A stretch of 64,000 nucleotides of DNA from Octopus sinensis (Eukaryota): NCBI RefSeq assembly GCF_006345805.1, contig NC_043012.1:43710001-43774000 (forward strand), in the 5' to 3' direction. Positions 1 to 14,156 of this stretch are shown in pieces. Position 1 is the first letter of the stretch; every line of letters starts with the position of its first letter. A model generated the notes under the pieces. That model did no database searches. It was not told the DNA's origin and saw only the letters and a list, made by a program, of their open reading frames with translations. Made by a program: the position numbers and the translations under genes.

Positions 1-1460
1 TAAGAAGACGTAAAAATTACAGAAATAATAAAAAAGCAGTTAAGAAAATTCCAAAATTGGAAGAGTCTGGGACCGGATGGGTTCCAGGGTTATTGGATGA
101 AGAAGCTCAAAGGACTCCTTGAAATGATAGCGCAACAGCTGGATGAGTGCTTGCAGGAAGGCGCAGTACCCAGCTAGATGACAAAGGGAAAGATGTTCAT
201 GTCTCCCAAGGAATCTGAAAAGGGAAATGTTGCATCCAACTTTTGACCAATAATATGCCTTCTGCTAATGTGGAAACTAATGTCAGGTGCTTTGGCCGGT
301 GAACTGTATCGATACTTACAAAAACGCGGGCTGCTACCTATTAAACAGAAAGCGTGCCGATAGAGGAGCTGAGGAACGAAGTATCAGCTCTTACTTGATA
401 ATTTAATTATCAAGAACTGCAAGAGAAGGCACACAAACATGGGTTGACTATCGTAAAGTACACGATATGATACCACACTCCTGGATAATAAGAACAATGC
501 AAATGTATGGAGTAGCAGTAAATATGAGAAACCTTATATGGAATAACATGAAATGCTGGAGAACGGAATTGACAGAAGGGAATCAAGTATTAGGAGAGGT
601 GGAAATCAAGAGAGGATTCTTCCAAGGGAACAGTGTGTCCCCATTGATCTTCGTGCTGGGAATGATTTTCTTGAATGCAATACTACAGAAAACATGTTGA
701 GGTATGATCTGGGAACGGATAAGGAAAAAATTGAACCACTTGCTATTCATGGACGACCCGAAGCTATTCACAAAAACTGGGGTAGAACTGGACAGCCTAG
801 TCCAGTCTGTGTGGACTTTCTCCAATGATATTAAGATGGAGTTTTGCCTCTCAAAATGTTCTACAATGGTGAGGAAACGAGGAACCTTTGTTAGAACAGA
901 AGGTATATGGTTGCCAAGTAGTGAAATCCAGCTATAAATACCTGGGAATGCTTGAGGTAGATGGAATCAAACGCAATGACATGAAAGAAAAGACAAAAAG
1001 AGAGTACCTGCGGCGAGTGAAAAAGATATTGGCTTCAAAGCAATAAACTCACGTGCAGTCACAGTAGTTCAGTATGGCGTTGGAATCCTGAAGTGGACAG
1101 AGGCATAGCTAAAGGAGATGGACAGGAAATCAAGAAAGCTCCTAACGATGCATGGAGCTCATCATCCATGAGCAGACACTGATCGCCTATACATAAAGAG
1201 GGAAAATGGAGGAAGGGAACTGATGAATGTGGAAGATTGCGTGCATATCGAACTCGAGAGCTTAATGAAATACCTAGCCCAAAGTAAGGAAACCTTGTTA
1301 GTGAGAGTTAGAAACGGGGGCGTATTGAAAGCAGAGAAAAAAGGAAGAAGTACAAAAAGGACATGAAGGAGAATTACTCAAGAAGGGACTACGCAATCAA
1401 TTCCATGCAGCCACAATAGAAGTTGCTGGACAAAAATAGGTGGGATTGGCTGATGAAAGT
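1..1460 (+). mobile_element. Decayed non-LTR retrotransposon reverse transcriptase, R4/Dong-like; runs off the window start
   Basis: RT motifs in successive frames with stops and frameshifts: WKSLGPDGFQGYWMKKL, YDMIPHSWI, RGFFQGNSVSPLIFVL, NHLLFMDDPKLF (YxDD equivalent), YKYLGM, MDRKSRK..MHGAHHP.ADTDRLYIKRENGGR. Confidence 0.9.
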
Positions 1461-2989
1461 AACATTTTCTTGGACAATGTTTTCTCCAGTCTTACTTTCA
1501 CTTGATTTGTGATTATCTTTTGATTTTTGTCTGAATTCTTCATTTAAAACAGAGAAACTATTGGGTGATTAAAATTGTTTTGTATGATTATATGAGAAGT
1601 CATAACTTTTAGTAGTCTTTCTAAGAGTAATCCATTCGAGGTGGGGGATAAAAAGTGAGTGGTTTCTTTGGTTTTTGTTGGCATTTGAAAAAGTTTTACT
1701 TTCAGGAAAGGAACAAATTTATTGTTCTCAAGGCAAAATTTTAAATGAGTTCGCATTTTTGACAGATCAAATAAAAATTCTCTGGAGAATTTCCAATGAC
1801 TAGTTCAAATGCGTATGCAAGGGTAAAAGGACCACAGTTGTATGGGCAAACTTGGGGATTAGTAATTTGAACCTGTTGAACTGTAGGAGTCATTGTGGCG
1901 AGTAGCGTGTTGTTATCTGAGCGGTTAGTTCTTGCGATACTGATAAATTTAAACTACTATAAACATAGACATCTCCGAAAAAATTGCTCCCATAAAATAA
2001 AATGATTACTTTTGGTATGATGGATAAATAATGTGGGGTGTGGGCTATAGGTTAGAAATTCCGTGTGAGAAAAAATGGTAGGTTGAATAGAAACGTCAAC
2101 AAACTTGTTACATGACATTTGCCCCGAAAGAAAAATGACTTCTCATATTTCACATCAAACGTTCTCAACCAAAATGTTCCCTTGCTCATTGGCTCAGAGG
2201 AATGGAAAATCAACTTTTTCAGCTTCTTTTCTGTTTTTGTCCTCAGGAATGAAATTTCCTTCTTCTTAAAGTTCATCAGACAATTACACAAATAACTGAA
2301 ATGATTTTCAGAAGAACATACCTGTTCAAGGTTACTCAAATTCTTCTGAATGTCTGCACCAAGCGATATTAATTTTGAACTTTGGTGTTGAATAATGGCG
2401 TCGATTATGTGAAATAAATTGCTCTCACCAATAAATTTTAACTTTTGAAGCAATGAATCGTCAGGCTGTGATGTACACACATTGGTATATTTGATGCAAG
2501 CTCTTCATGTTTTATCTGCTGTCGTCTGCAGGTATCCAGAAATGATAAATGGCTCTTGATTTTAGCGCGAAAACAATTAAGTTAACTGATAGAAATGTCG
2601 ATTTTTCATTTTTATATTCGTACTTGAATGGTACAAAGTCCATTGTCCCAGGAGTTGGCTCAACACTAGGGTCTAGTGAAACTTACAGGGCTGACAAGCC
2701 AACTGTGAAATGGAATAAAACACAAAATCTGTAATTTTTACTACGATTTTCCTTAAGACACTCACCAGTTTAGGTAGCTACCTGAATTTCTAAACGTTCC
2801 AATTCTTATTCGGTATAACATAAAATCAATCATCTCAATCTACTTGATTTTGATAATTTATAAAGATTGACATAACTCTTCACGAAGGTAAATAAACAAT
2901 AAAAAGAGCGCGATGCGATTTGTAATAGAGATTGTTTATCTAACGGTTTGAACAATATTTCAACAGATCGTCTGTCTTCTTCAGGTTCA

Positions 2990-2990
<1 letters not shown>
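1461..2990 (-). mobile_element. Possible 5' region (pLTR plus N-terminal coding remnants) of a Penelope-like element
   Basis: Starts on the minus strand at a hammerhead next to an (AT)n tract. It is followed by Lys/Leu-rich ORF pieces 2052-2480 and 1544-1756 reminiscent of PLE N-termini. No RT motif seen. Confidence 0.35.
2948..2990 (-). ncRNA. Minimal type-I hammerhead ribozyme
   Basis: Minus strand: TTGAAC-CTGAAGA-A-GACAGA cga TCTGTT-GAAA-TAT-T-GTTCAA. 6-bp stem I, hairpin stem II, palindromic AATATT at stem III. Confidence 0.8.
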
Positions 2991-3035
<45 letters not shown>

Positions 3036-3984
3036 TGTTAGTTAGTTATATATACATATATGTATATATTTAGTGATTGTTCTTCACAAATATCAAATGT
3101 GTATGTCTTTGACTATAGATATGAAGGTTGGCGCCAGAATTAATTATGCTTCAGATGTTTTCTTAATGCAGTAAATAATTCTGTGTTTTACTCATTGAAT
3201 TTTCTTTTATGACTTAGTGTGTTGTTTAATATAGGATCGAATGCCTTATTCGATTCCAGAGCGCTTGGTATGGTATATTTTGTATATAGGTTGTAAGCAT
3301 CTCACATTGAAAAGAAAACTTCTTGTCAATCGGTTTTGATCGCTGGTTGCAACTAGACCATTTTTAACGAACAAATCAATCGAACAGTGACTGTATACGA
3401 ATAATCCACTCTCTAAAGTGAAATATATTAAGTGCAAACCACAACTTGTTTGGCACTATGTTAGCCGTAGTTGAGCAAACATATGATTAAAAGACTTCCA
3501 GATATGACCATTCTGTCTGTTTGGGATACTGTATATGTAGCAACGCATCGAATGACACTGCCTATTCAAGACAGTCGGGTGTTATTTGAAGGAAGTTGAG
3601 TGTCAATGTCTTCTAGGTCTTGAGACAACGTTGAAGTTGTCTTCGTTGTACGAATCACATTGTTGTTGACTTGTTTTCTTAACTCTATCACGATACGCAT
3701 GGAGGCTGAAGCAGAAAGTCTTTGATGCTGAATGGCCAACTGTTGAATACATTATGTTACACAAATTTGTACGGCTGAACAATACTACATCTTAACCTAG
3801 AAATACGATAGTCTAAGTAAAAACTAAACGAAAATAATATATAAATGCTACCACCAGAATACGTGTTAGCTGGTGAATTATAGCAGCTGGATGAAAGTAT
3901 CTTGTAATTATAAAACGAACGGAACTCGGGTTCGTTTTACAACGCATCTAAAGTACAGAACACGATATCCTCTCGCGTCGTTGA

Positions 3985-4198
3985 ACGGTTTCAAATTTTG
4001 ACACAGGACCGATAACGTCTGGAAAGGAATAAGTCTATTACATCGGCTCCAGGGCTCAACTGGTACTTATATGATCGATCCCGAAAGGACAAAAGGCAAA
4101 GTCGATCCCGATGCCGTTTGATCTCAACGTAAAGTCGGGAGAAATGCTGCTAAGCATTTTGTCCTGCGCGATAACGATTCTGCAAGTTCACCCGCCTT
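3985..4198 (-). mobile_element. tRNA-derived SINE, family B (decayed)
   Basis: Minus strand head GGCGGGTGAACTTGCAGAATCGTTA...AAATGCTTAGC, body GACTTTGCCTTTTGTCCTTTCGGGATCGAT...AAGTACCAGTTGAG. Related decayed copies near 8790-8985, 27120-27215 and 61355-61450. Confidence 0.7.
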
Positions 4199-5550
4199 TC
4201 GTGCATCATTAAACTACAAGAATAAATATGCTTTAAGTTGTAAAATCTGTCTACTTAGAGATGCCATCTGAGATACTGGCCGGCCAAAATTCCAAGTAAG
4301 GCCAGTTTAGGCAATCTTTGGCTCTGATTGAATAAGACTAGCAATGATAAAAGTAAATTTACCAGTCTATTTGATAATTAGTTACAGCTAACTACATGGA
4401 ATAGTTTAATACCTGGATAACATAACGGTGATTATATTCATAGTAATCCAAGGTTAGCAATAATAGAGAAGTACTACCGATAGAATAGTAGAAATTCATA
4501 TGACTGTCATTTATTTCTTAGACTTAGAGCGAAGAAAGGTAAAATAGAATTCTGAAATCTCAATTTAGAGTAAAATTTTTACTTTAATGATTTAAGTACT
4601 TACCTCCCCTCACTGCAATTATGAGAAAAGTATTGTAGTAATCCGAATAAGTAAACCAAGGTAGTTTAATCTTGATTTAAAAACCGAGCTGTATATTATT
4701 TTCTACACTGAAGAAGTATCAAGTACGGCGTTATAATTGATGGACATAAGTTGGAATTATTATTGACTTAAATATGGTATTTTTAAACACACAATGTAGG
4801 TTGATTGATGTTTTTGCATGTTTCAGGGGTTGAATAATTAAAAAGAAAATCTGGTTAAAACAAACCAAAATTGGGAACTAAGCCCTGAACTCAGCTCACA
4901 AGAATATTCGACCCATTCCTATATTCAATAAATATAAAACTTCAAAACATTTGCATCAACTGTGAGACTATTCATGATTCATATTTCTAGTGTTAGCCAA
5001 ACTAACGGAAAACCTCTTAGTAGTTGCTGGAACTGCTAGAAATAGCAACCAAATCCCCATACTACTTTCTGTCTTGAAAAATAACATCCTGGGTTCTTAT
5101 GAAAAATTCGATGTAAACTTATAAACAGATTAATCACAGCTGGAATGCTTTTGGTCATAGGCTTACTTAATCTGGTTTGGTCTGGAGGCCATCAATAAGA
5201 ACCTTAATATTTCGTTCTAGTAAACAACTGAAATCCTACATCATTAATATAAACATTTTAAACAAGAATGGTAGCATATTACAATGAGGTTCTGCTGTTT
5301 ATTCTTATAGAATTTCAATTACATATGCATTCCTGATACGTAGTCAAAAAATATAGTCGAACATTATAAAATATATTCTTGACAAGGTCATTGACACATA
5401 GAACTAAAAAAGAAACAAAAAACCTGAAATTTTAATTCCTGCATTTTATATTCATTGCGTAATATACATTATGGGAAATGTTTCATTAAAACAAGTGTTT
5501 TATTATAAGTTTCATCTATTTTCTCTTTGTCATATCGCATATATCTTTCA

Positions 5551-5765
5551 TATTTTACTCGTATCATTCATTAGACTACAATCATGCTGGGGCACCGTCT
5601 TGAAGAATTTTAGTTGAAGGAATTATCCCCAGCACTTATTTATTTAAGCTTTATACTTATTTTATCGGACTCGTTTGTCGAGGCACTAGGCTATGGGGAC
5701 ATAACCACAGTAACATCGGTTGTCAAGTGGCGGTAAGCAACACACACAGATACAAAGACACACAT
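5551..5765 (-). mobile_element. SINE family A, 3' half
   Basis: CATGCTGGGGCACCG...ACATCGGTTGTCAAGTGG matches the reverse complement of the copy at 27858-28320. Confidence 0.75.
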
Positions 5766-5941
<176 letters not shown>

Positions 5942-6315
5942 CATTTGTATATATCCTATATATAGGATCATTTGTAGAAATGGTGACCGCAAAGATGTCA
6001 GCGCGGCTGAAGAGCAATGGACAATGGCAAAGGGAGATAATCTCCTCCTAGGCATTTCCCCCTCTATATTTTAAAGAGATCTTAGGCCAGCAGTGTTTGG
6101 GGCCTGAAAATAGGCCGTAAGGCTAAACCTCTTATGAGCGAGGAACCTAGGGTAACCCAATAAACCGGCCTACCCCACTATAGTATATATATATAATTGT
6201 GTGTGTGTGTGTGTGTGTGTGTGTATCTTTGCATCTATGTGTGTATGTATCTATAGATTTTATATTTTCATACTGATGAATCCCCGAAAGGCACGAAAAC
6301 GCTAAATAAACAGTT

Positions 6316-6404
6316 AATGCTGTGAGTTAAAAATCACCGTTTTTTTTTTCAACATTTATTTATTTATTAGTGAAGTCTCAGAAAATATTTTGCATTAATC
6401 TTCG

Positions 6405-6454
<50 letters not shown>

Positions 6455-6525
6455 CGAAGATTAATGCAAAAAATAAATAAACAAATGTTGAAAAGAAAAA
6501 AACGTTGATTTTAACTCACACCATT
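6316..6525. repeat. Fold-back (inverted duplication) centred on an (AT)n tract
   Basis: TGTGAGTTAAAAATCACCG...TTTTGCATTAATCTTCGAATT-(AT)n-AATTCGAAGATTAATGCAAAA...GATTTTAACTCACA; the left arm has an ~19 bp insertion. Confidence 0.85.
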
Positions 6526-6559
6526 CAATTATTAAACGTGCATAATATTGAAATGAATA

Positions 6560-6628
6560 ACTAAAATAGAATATTAGGTATTTATGGAATATTGATTTAC
6601 TATCGGGCGACTTTTGGCCAACCCTGTA
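6560..6628. mobile_element. Terminal remnant of a Tc1/mariner-type transposon
   Basis: Ends CTTTTGGCCAACCCTG-TA, the reverse complement of a TA-CAGGGTTGGCCAAAAG TIR pattern; no partner end found. Confidence 0.45.
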
Positions 6629-7689
6629 CATATATATATATATATATACATAAGGCTTTAGTGCTCCTTACGCCGCCGAGGTTATATTTGAACCCTGTTT
6701 ATAATTGTATTTGTACATTGTTAATAATTTTGCAAAGGAAAGAATGTCCGCCACATGCTCATTTTTTCCGTTTGATTAAATCTTTGACTTTTGTATTTTA
6801 GATTTACTTTTGAGAAGCATCGGCATTATAGTCTCAGTCTCTCGACTCTCGTCCATATTCTTTAAAAAACTGCCACCATAGATTTAACTCATGGAGAAAT
6901 AAAATGATAGTCAAACACTCTTGTTTAGCTTTAAGTCACCTTTACTGTAGCCGACTCATGTTTAAAAGCGCTCCACCCATGCTGTTTTCAGACTACGTGC
7001 ATCAAAGTTTATTCTATGCAATTTCTTCTTTTCTAATAAAGGAAAATGTTTGCTATTTCTGGGCACTCGCAGAGAAGCTCCTCCGTTTACTTTAGCCATG
7101 ATAGTTTGCGTCTCCTGTCACATATAATAGATGCAAACAGTAATAAGAAGCATAAGATATTTTAAAAATAAGTTTCACACACAAACAGAGAGAGTTGGGG
7201 GGAGAGGGAGAACAAATAAGCTTAAAAATCCCGAGGGAGAAGAAATGCGGTAATAGAGACGGAAATGTTTGCACGAAGAATGTCACTAGAAAAGTTAAAC
7301 TTTCAAAAACAACTTGTGATCTCATTATTGTTTTAAATACATCACGTGAGCCACAAAAACTGTGAGTAATTCTCAAAAACGGAATTAAATGAAATATTTT
7401 TGCGGCAGAGTCTTATAAATCAAGGACACAGTTTTGGTGTTAATGTTAACTTTATCGCACATTGTTTTTGAACTCTGAATTCATCCAATTACTGTTACGC
7501 TTGTGTTATTAAGAAAAATAGAAACCCGTGATATGGAGATGTTAAAAAGTTTCCAGAATGCCAATAATATTAATGTTTCCTAAATATCTCATTTCTTATA
7601 TTGTATTATATATTATTGCAGTGTTCTTCCAAAAGACATTCGAATCGACAAATAAGCAATTAAACAATTCGTGAAATAACTTTAGGCAA

Positions 7690-8140
7690 ATGGAAACACA
7701 TTATCAAAATCAAAATGTTTTTCCAAAGTATGTTTAAAAAACAAGAGAAAAAATCACCCATTCGTCAATATAATGCAAGACTCAACAAAGACAAAATTAT
7801 CAAAGTATTAAATCAGCAATAGTTAAAAAAGCAGAAACTGATGGTTTGATACGAACAGCACAAGACCAACGTCTGAGCAGAACAACCATAAAATTAAATA
7901 TAAAAGTTGCTGGCATCGAGTACAGAAAATGTAACCAGTCCAATAACATGATTAACCACGTCATATCTGACTGGCTACTCCTTACCATGACATAATTGAG
8001 TAGGTAGCTATGTCCACTTGGCAATATGACAATACATCAATATGAAAATTGGAACCAAACATGGTACATAATAACGACTTAAGTATAACCAGCTGGAACA
8101 ACGCTTATTGAAATTGGTAAAGAGGTCAAGGAAAATTACT
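7690..8140 (+). mobile_element. R4/Dong-like LINE C-terminal (CCHC region) fragment, heavily decayed
   Basis: Plus frame KKAETDGLIRTAQDQRLSRT...YRKCNQSNNMINHVIS matches the ETEGxIxAAQDQxL..CRxC..TIxHIxSGC pattern. Confidence 0.7.
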
Positions 8141-11100
8141 CACATGTAATATGAAAGGACACGAAATATATGCACACTGGTAGAAAACGCTATCCCCTCA
8201 TTCCAAAACATTGCATAAGAGAGTGGAATAAAAATGAGACATGAATATAAAGACAGTATAGGGAGTACTAGGTATGGTAAAAAATTGTGCGTATAAAAAT
8301 AGGAGCCATACTGGCGCTCACTCAATGCTACATACTGTTTAAAATATAACTCTCTGCACACAATATGTATTCTCTCCATTATAACAGCCCTATCAAATAA
8401 CACTCCACACAATATATGGATCAACACCCTACAAACTGACCATTACAGAAGAAATTGCTGACAGTTTTACTCCAATGACTCTCACAGCTCACACTCTGTA
8501 CAGCTGCCAACACATTACTTCCACACAAACCAGACACATATCATTCACAATAACCACCTAACATTGAAACACATTGCATCAACCATGCAATACATATGAA
8601 ACATATTAACTACACAACACAATAAATATTATACGTTTTACACAAGAGAGAAAAAAACTATAATAGAACCAAATTCAAATCCAAAGAAGGCTGATACTGC
8701 ATATTAAGTACAAAATTGCAGAAACCTTGGGATGTACATGCTTATGCAGTAGAAACTTACGTAAAATAAGCTGTTATTATTCTAGGTACAATGCCAATAG
8801 TTTTGAAGTTATGGGTTAGTTGATAACATCGACAACAGTACATAGATGATATTTTGTTTTATCAGCTCCAGAAGGATGTAAAGCAAAGTAGATCAAAGGT
8901 GTAATTTGAATTCAGAACGTAAAGAGTCGGAAGAAATAGCAAAAAGAAATTTATCTGATGGTCTAATGATCCTTCTTATCAACTGCCCGGGTTGAGTAAC
9001 ATTATAACCGAGTATAGACATGGTTCTCCGCAAATCTGAGACAAATCCAATTGCGTAATCAAAATCAAATTGAAATTTAGTCTGCAAAATTAGGCAAATT
9101 ATGTATAAGGCCTCCAGTATGTACAACAAGCACGTAGTTTACGTTATACTTGTAATTATCATATAAAATATATTGTTGAAATAACAGACAGAAGTCAGCA
9201 TGCGGAACAAACAAACAGGGAGGAATCCACTTTTGAATACAAACAAAACTATACAGAATCAGGCCATAAAGTACAACTGATACTTTTCACATCATGCATA
9301 TTAACATATCACTGCACGCGAGACCTACAGTTTCAATAACACACACGAGAAGAAAATACACTGAAACACTCTTGACAAACGAGATAAAACATAATTAACA
9401 TTGAAAACTTGCCAATTAGAAAACATATTAACAATGACAGGAGGTAAATCAATCAACAATATGGTTTATTGTGATCAGCACACGAGGAATCCTTCGTAAA
9501 ATGTTTCCGCCGACCTTCTACGCTTAGTGTGTTACAAAAGAAAGGGGCGAGGAGCAGAGTTGGTTCAACGTCATGATTTGATACCTCTTACAGCCAAAAT
9601 CGTGTTTCTTCGTCCTAAATAATATGAAGTAAGTCTATGGGTAGAGATTTGACGCACTAAATGATCTTGTTTCTTCATCCCATTGTCAGTTTTTAAAACT
9701 ATATATATAGGGCCATATGTTCATCATGGGAGGTCTCACTTCATGTGTCGGCGTAGATTGTCGTCATCACGTTTACTAAGCTCTGTAAGGCATTCTAATT
9801 TGAAAGTTATCTCTTTAGTTTTGGAATTTAAAAGAAGAGCATCTCGCTTTATTGATAGCAATGCCAGTCGATTGAATATTCTTCAGTATAATCTGTTCTT
9901 TGTGCAATACAAACACTAATTATAGTAGCAATTTTTACGACTCCAGGAAATCTATTTTTGTTTCGGTGGACAGGAATATTCAGATATTGTGCCAGAAATA
10001 CAAAAGCAGTATCGTTAGTGAATGCGAACTGTTAACCCTTTTATTACAAGCCCACCATCATAACATTTGAGATAGCGGCATCTCACTAAGCAGTATAGTG
10101 ACTGCATTGTTGTGCACAATTAAAGTAGGATTATAAAGTATTACAATTTCATATAGATTACGTTGAATGCATCTTTTGTCCATTTTTTTTTAATATAGCA
10201 CAACAGAGTATTCTTGTTTGAAGTAAGATATTACATGAATATTTTTATGGTACTACACACCATGTTAATATGCATATTATAACAAAGTGCATCATGTATC
10301 GCAATTCTCTGTTGCTGAGTGCTTTAATGGCGAGTGAGATCCAATAGAAATTCTACCTTGACTAAATAAACGAGTTATAACTGCGATAATGTACCTCTTT
10401 TATCTTTGTCTCGTTTTGTTTCATGTCTGGTGGACGTTCTATAGATTGCTGTTTATTGAAATACACAATGACGTCAGTTCTTTATTTATTTCAGTCGACA
10501 TAAAAAATTCATATCTGTTTACATATATCTTTACATTAGTAATATATCCGCTCCTAGTAACAGACTGTTTTTCGTTGAAATAAACTATACATTTCTTTAT
10601 GATTTAGTAAAAGGGCCAAAGTTCATTTTCTTCTCATATTTTTTATACTTTTCATATTGCAATCATTGCTTTTCAGTATGATATGATTTTTCTTTATACT
10701 CAAATACATTAAACCATATATATGCGTGCAGACAGAAACACAACCAAATATATATACATTAAAAATTAATGGTTTTGAATTTGATATTTGATATTAGGAT
10801 GTTTTCTTTACAAATACATTCGGAGCAGTCACACACACACACACACACACATTACACACATACCCATATATATAGAAACATAAAACACATAACAGTTATT
10901 GAATTTGGTAATAAAATATTTCCTTATCTATACATAGATTTATGCTTAGCCTTTAAAGATATCAATATGCATGCGCGTAAACACACATTCATATGTACAC
11001 ACGTGTATATGCATACATATCTACTTTCATCTACAGTTATACGTGTGTAAAAGCTTTCATATACATGCTTACTTATGTGGACATTTGCATACATAGATTT

Positions 11101-13119
11101 CTATAAATATGTACATTCATAGCGATGCTATTTGTGTTTCTGTTTATAGATACAAGATTATATAGAAACGTAGATAGATGCTTGCATACATATCTCTGTG
11201 TGTTTGATTAACACACACCGTTTATTTTCCAGATCCCTTGCATAAATTCATTTATCAATAAGGACAGTGAATATGTAAAACTTACAATTTACAAATAAAG
11301 GTTGATTTGGTGTGAAGAGCAATGTCCATAGCCTGGTCTTCGCCCATCTACCGAGACCGTGGGATTTTTGCCAAAACATTTCCGCTGAAATTGTAGGAAG
11401 TCGATAGCTGCAAAAAACAAAAAAACAAAAAACAAAAACATGAGTAAGGTAGGAATTCTAATGGAGCAACAGAGTGGCGACTAGGGGTAATAGTTAGTAC
11501 AAGGTGAGAGGTGCTGGGTGCGATATCGTTAAGAATGGGAAGAAAGTGTTTGAAGATGGCACAAGACCAGCCAATTATGAGGAGCAGGTGCCCTCGTTAA
11601 TAAGACAAAACGAGAACATTGTACATATAATGGATTAAAAAGAGAAGCGTGTCAGTGAGAAACTTTATGCCAATCAGTCGAATGATCTCTTTCTGAATGA
11701 GATCTAGAATGCTTGTGTGTGTGAGTGGTAACAACCAAGATGTGGGGAAGTATTCCAAGAGTTCTTCTGTTTTTAAGACGATAGTTGGTAATTTGAGGTC
11801 ATGTGACTACTATTTCTAGTAAGTCGCGTGATTGGGTAGTGGTTACCCTATACCCTACTGGTTGTTTGAAAATTTTCACCTTGCTTTTCTTTTTAACTCA
11901 TAGGTTATTTCTGATTCAACAGACGTCAATGATATTTTACTATAAACTTACTTTCTAACATCGAAGGATGAAATTTGAACAACATTGGCTGCTGTTTTTA
12001 GCAGATCGGGTGACCACTTATGAACCTCAATCATGAACACGAGGATGAAGTTTGACATAAATTTATAAGCAGAACAAGTACAATATAATTGATGAGTGTT
12101 TCATAAGTATCCAACGAGTTGCATAGAATTTATCGGTGGGGAAAATGTCGTTCAACAATTTTTAGAAATGACTGAGATTGGGAAACCTTCTGGTAAGGAT
12201 TATAAAGATGAAATGAGAAAGAGAGACGGGAGAGGGTTAGGGTGAAGAGCAAGAGATGGATTTATATGCATCCATTTATATTTGTACGGTACTACAAATA
12301 ATGGGGCTACTTCGTGAGCCCCATTCCTATTGTATTTATATCACCTTTCATTTGAGATTTCTGGAGAAAAAAATTTGAGAAGTTGTGACTTTCATACATT
12401 TTTAACATTAAAAAAAAAAATTTTCAAATTAGAATCGAAACAGAAAGCGAACTTGTAGTCTGAGACCCCACACCTCGAGGCAAGATTTTATAGGATGATG
12501 ATGAAGAGGAGGAGGAAGAGTATGATAAAATAGTAACGTAAGAGAAGTGACTTTATGTATCGAGAAAAGAACGAAATCTGGGTTAATTCAATGTCTTCCA
12601 TTCTTCAAAACCAATGCTGTGCTTCATCAAATGAAACGAAATGATATGTCGCTGTTTAAGATGTCGCTTTGTAAAAACTTTTCAACAATGCTATTATATA
12701 ATAGGAAGTTTATAAAGTTTATAAACAAATTTCTTCTTAAGGCATTCAGAAAACTTAATAAACAGACAACAAAAATTGATAACAAAAAATAGAAAATACA
12801 AATAGTCAGCACTTGGGAAAGTCTACTAGATATCGTTTTACCATTCTGGTGGAACTAATCCCTTACAGAGCCTCACCCATAAAAAATAAAACAAAATAAA
12901 ACAAGCAGCTTGTTGTAACACAAATACTAACGACACCATGTTCTAAAAGTACGCGCAAATATACATATATTCACATATGCGTATATATGTGCCCGAGCGC
13001 AAGTGTGTGTGCATATGTGTATTTATGTATATAATATGCAAACACACAAACGTACACTGTCACACGCACGCGCACACATGTGTATATACACAGATATATG
13101 TGTGTGTATACACTCACAC

Positions 13120-13132
13120 ACGCATATATATA

Positions 13133-13231
<99 letters not shown>

Positions 13232-13345
13232 ACTTATTTGGATATATACACATATACACACCATACACAAGTTTTTATATGTATTTATGTATGTGTGTAT
13301 GCATGCATGTGTGTATGTATGTATGTATGTTTGTATGTATACACA
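13120..13345. repeat. (TA)n and (TATG)n microsatellite
   Basis: Seen directly. Confidence 0.95.
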
Positions 13346-14052
13346 TAGGCACATGCAAATCAGAAACAAATGTTTTGCAAGCATAAAGTAACGACCAAAT
13401 ATTTTTTTACGAAAAGCTCAATGAATATCAAAATAAATTCAGTGATGTATTGAAATATGATGATGTCTAACATGGAAAATGAATCGAAAATTATATATAC
13501 ATTGTGTATACATCTTAAAATACATACATATGTTCCTATACTTTTTAGGTATCCATTTATTTTAGCATATAGCCAGTATATTTTTCTGAGTGTCTTTTTG
13601 TTTCAGAATATTGTCGTTTCAAATATTACTTCTCATATTCACTGAGTTCGCTGCTAAAAAGCTTTATTCGACAAATATTTTCACAGAGCTTGCAAAACAT
13701 TGACTTATTTGCATGCATCTTGAACGGCTCATTTCTATTAGCTGGTTTTTAAGTACCTTTATTAAAATTGTTATTCGGGGATTCGAACACTCTTGCATAT
13801 AACTCACAGTCGATATAGTATCTATGTAGTTTCGTTTTCATTTTCATTCTTACAGGTCTATATATAATCAGTAAACTTTTCGTACGACTCTTTCTTCCAC
13901 ATCTCTGTTAATTGGTACCATCATTTGTTTTAGTTTAATGGTTTAATGTGAGGTTATTAGAATCACGAATTCCTTTCCGGATAAACATAGATAAATACCA
14001 TAAATACATATTTATTTTGACACACAAGCACGTACACACGCACGAGCGGGTA

Positions 14053-14054
<2 letters not shown>

Positions 14055-14141
<87 letters not shown>

Positions 14142-14156
14142 ACACACACACACACA
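14055..14156. repeat. (CA)n microsatellite
   Basis: Seen directly. Confidence 0.95.
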
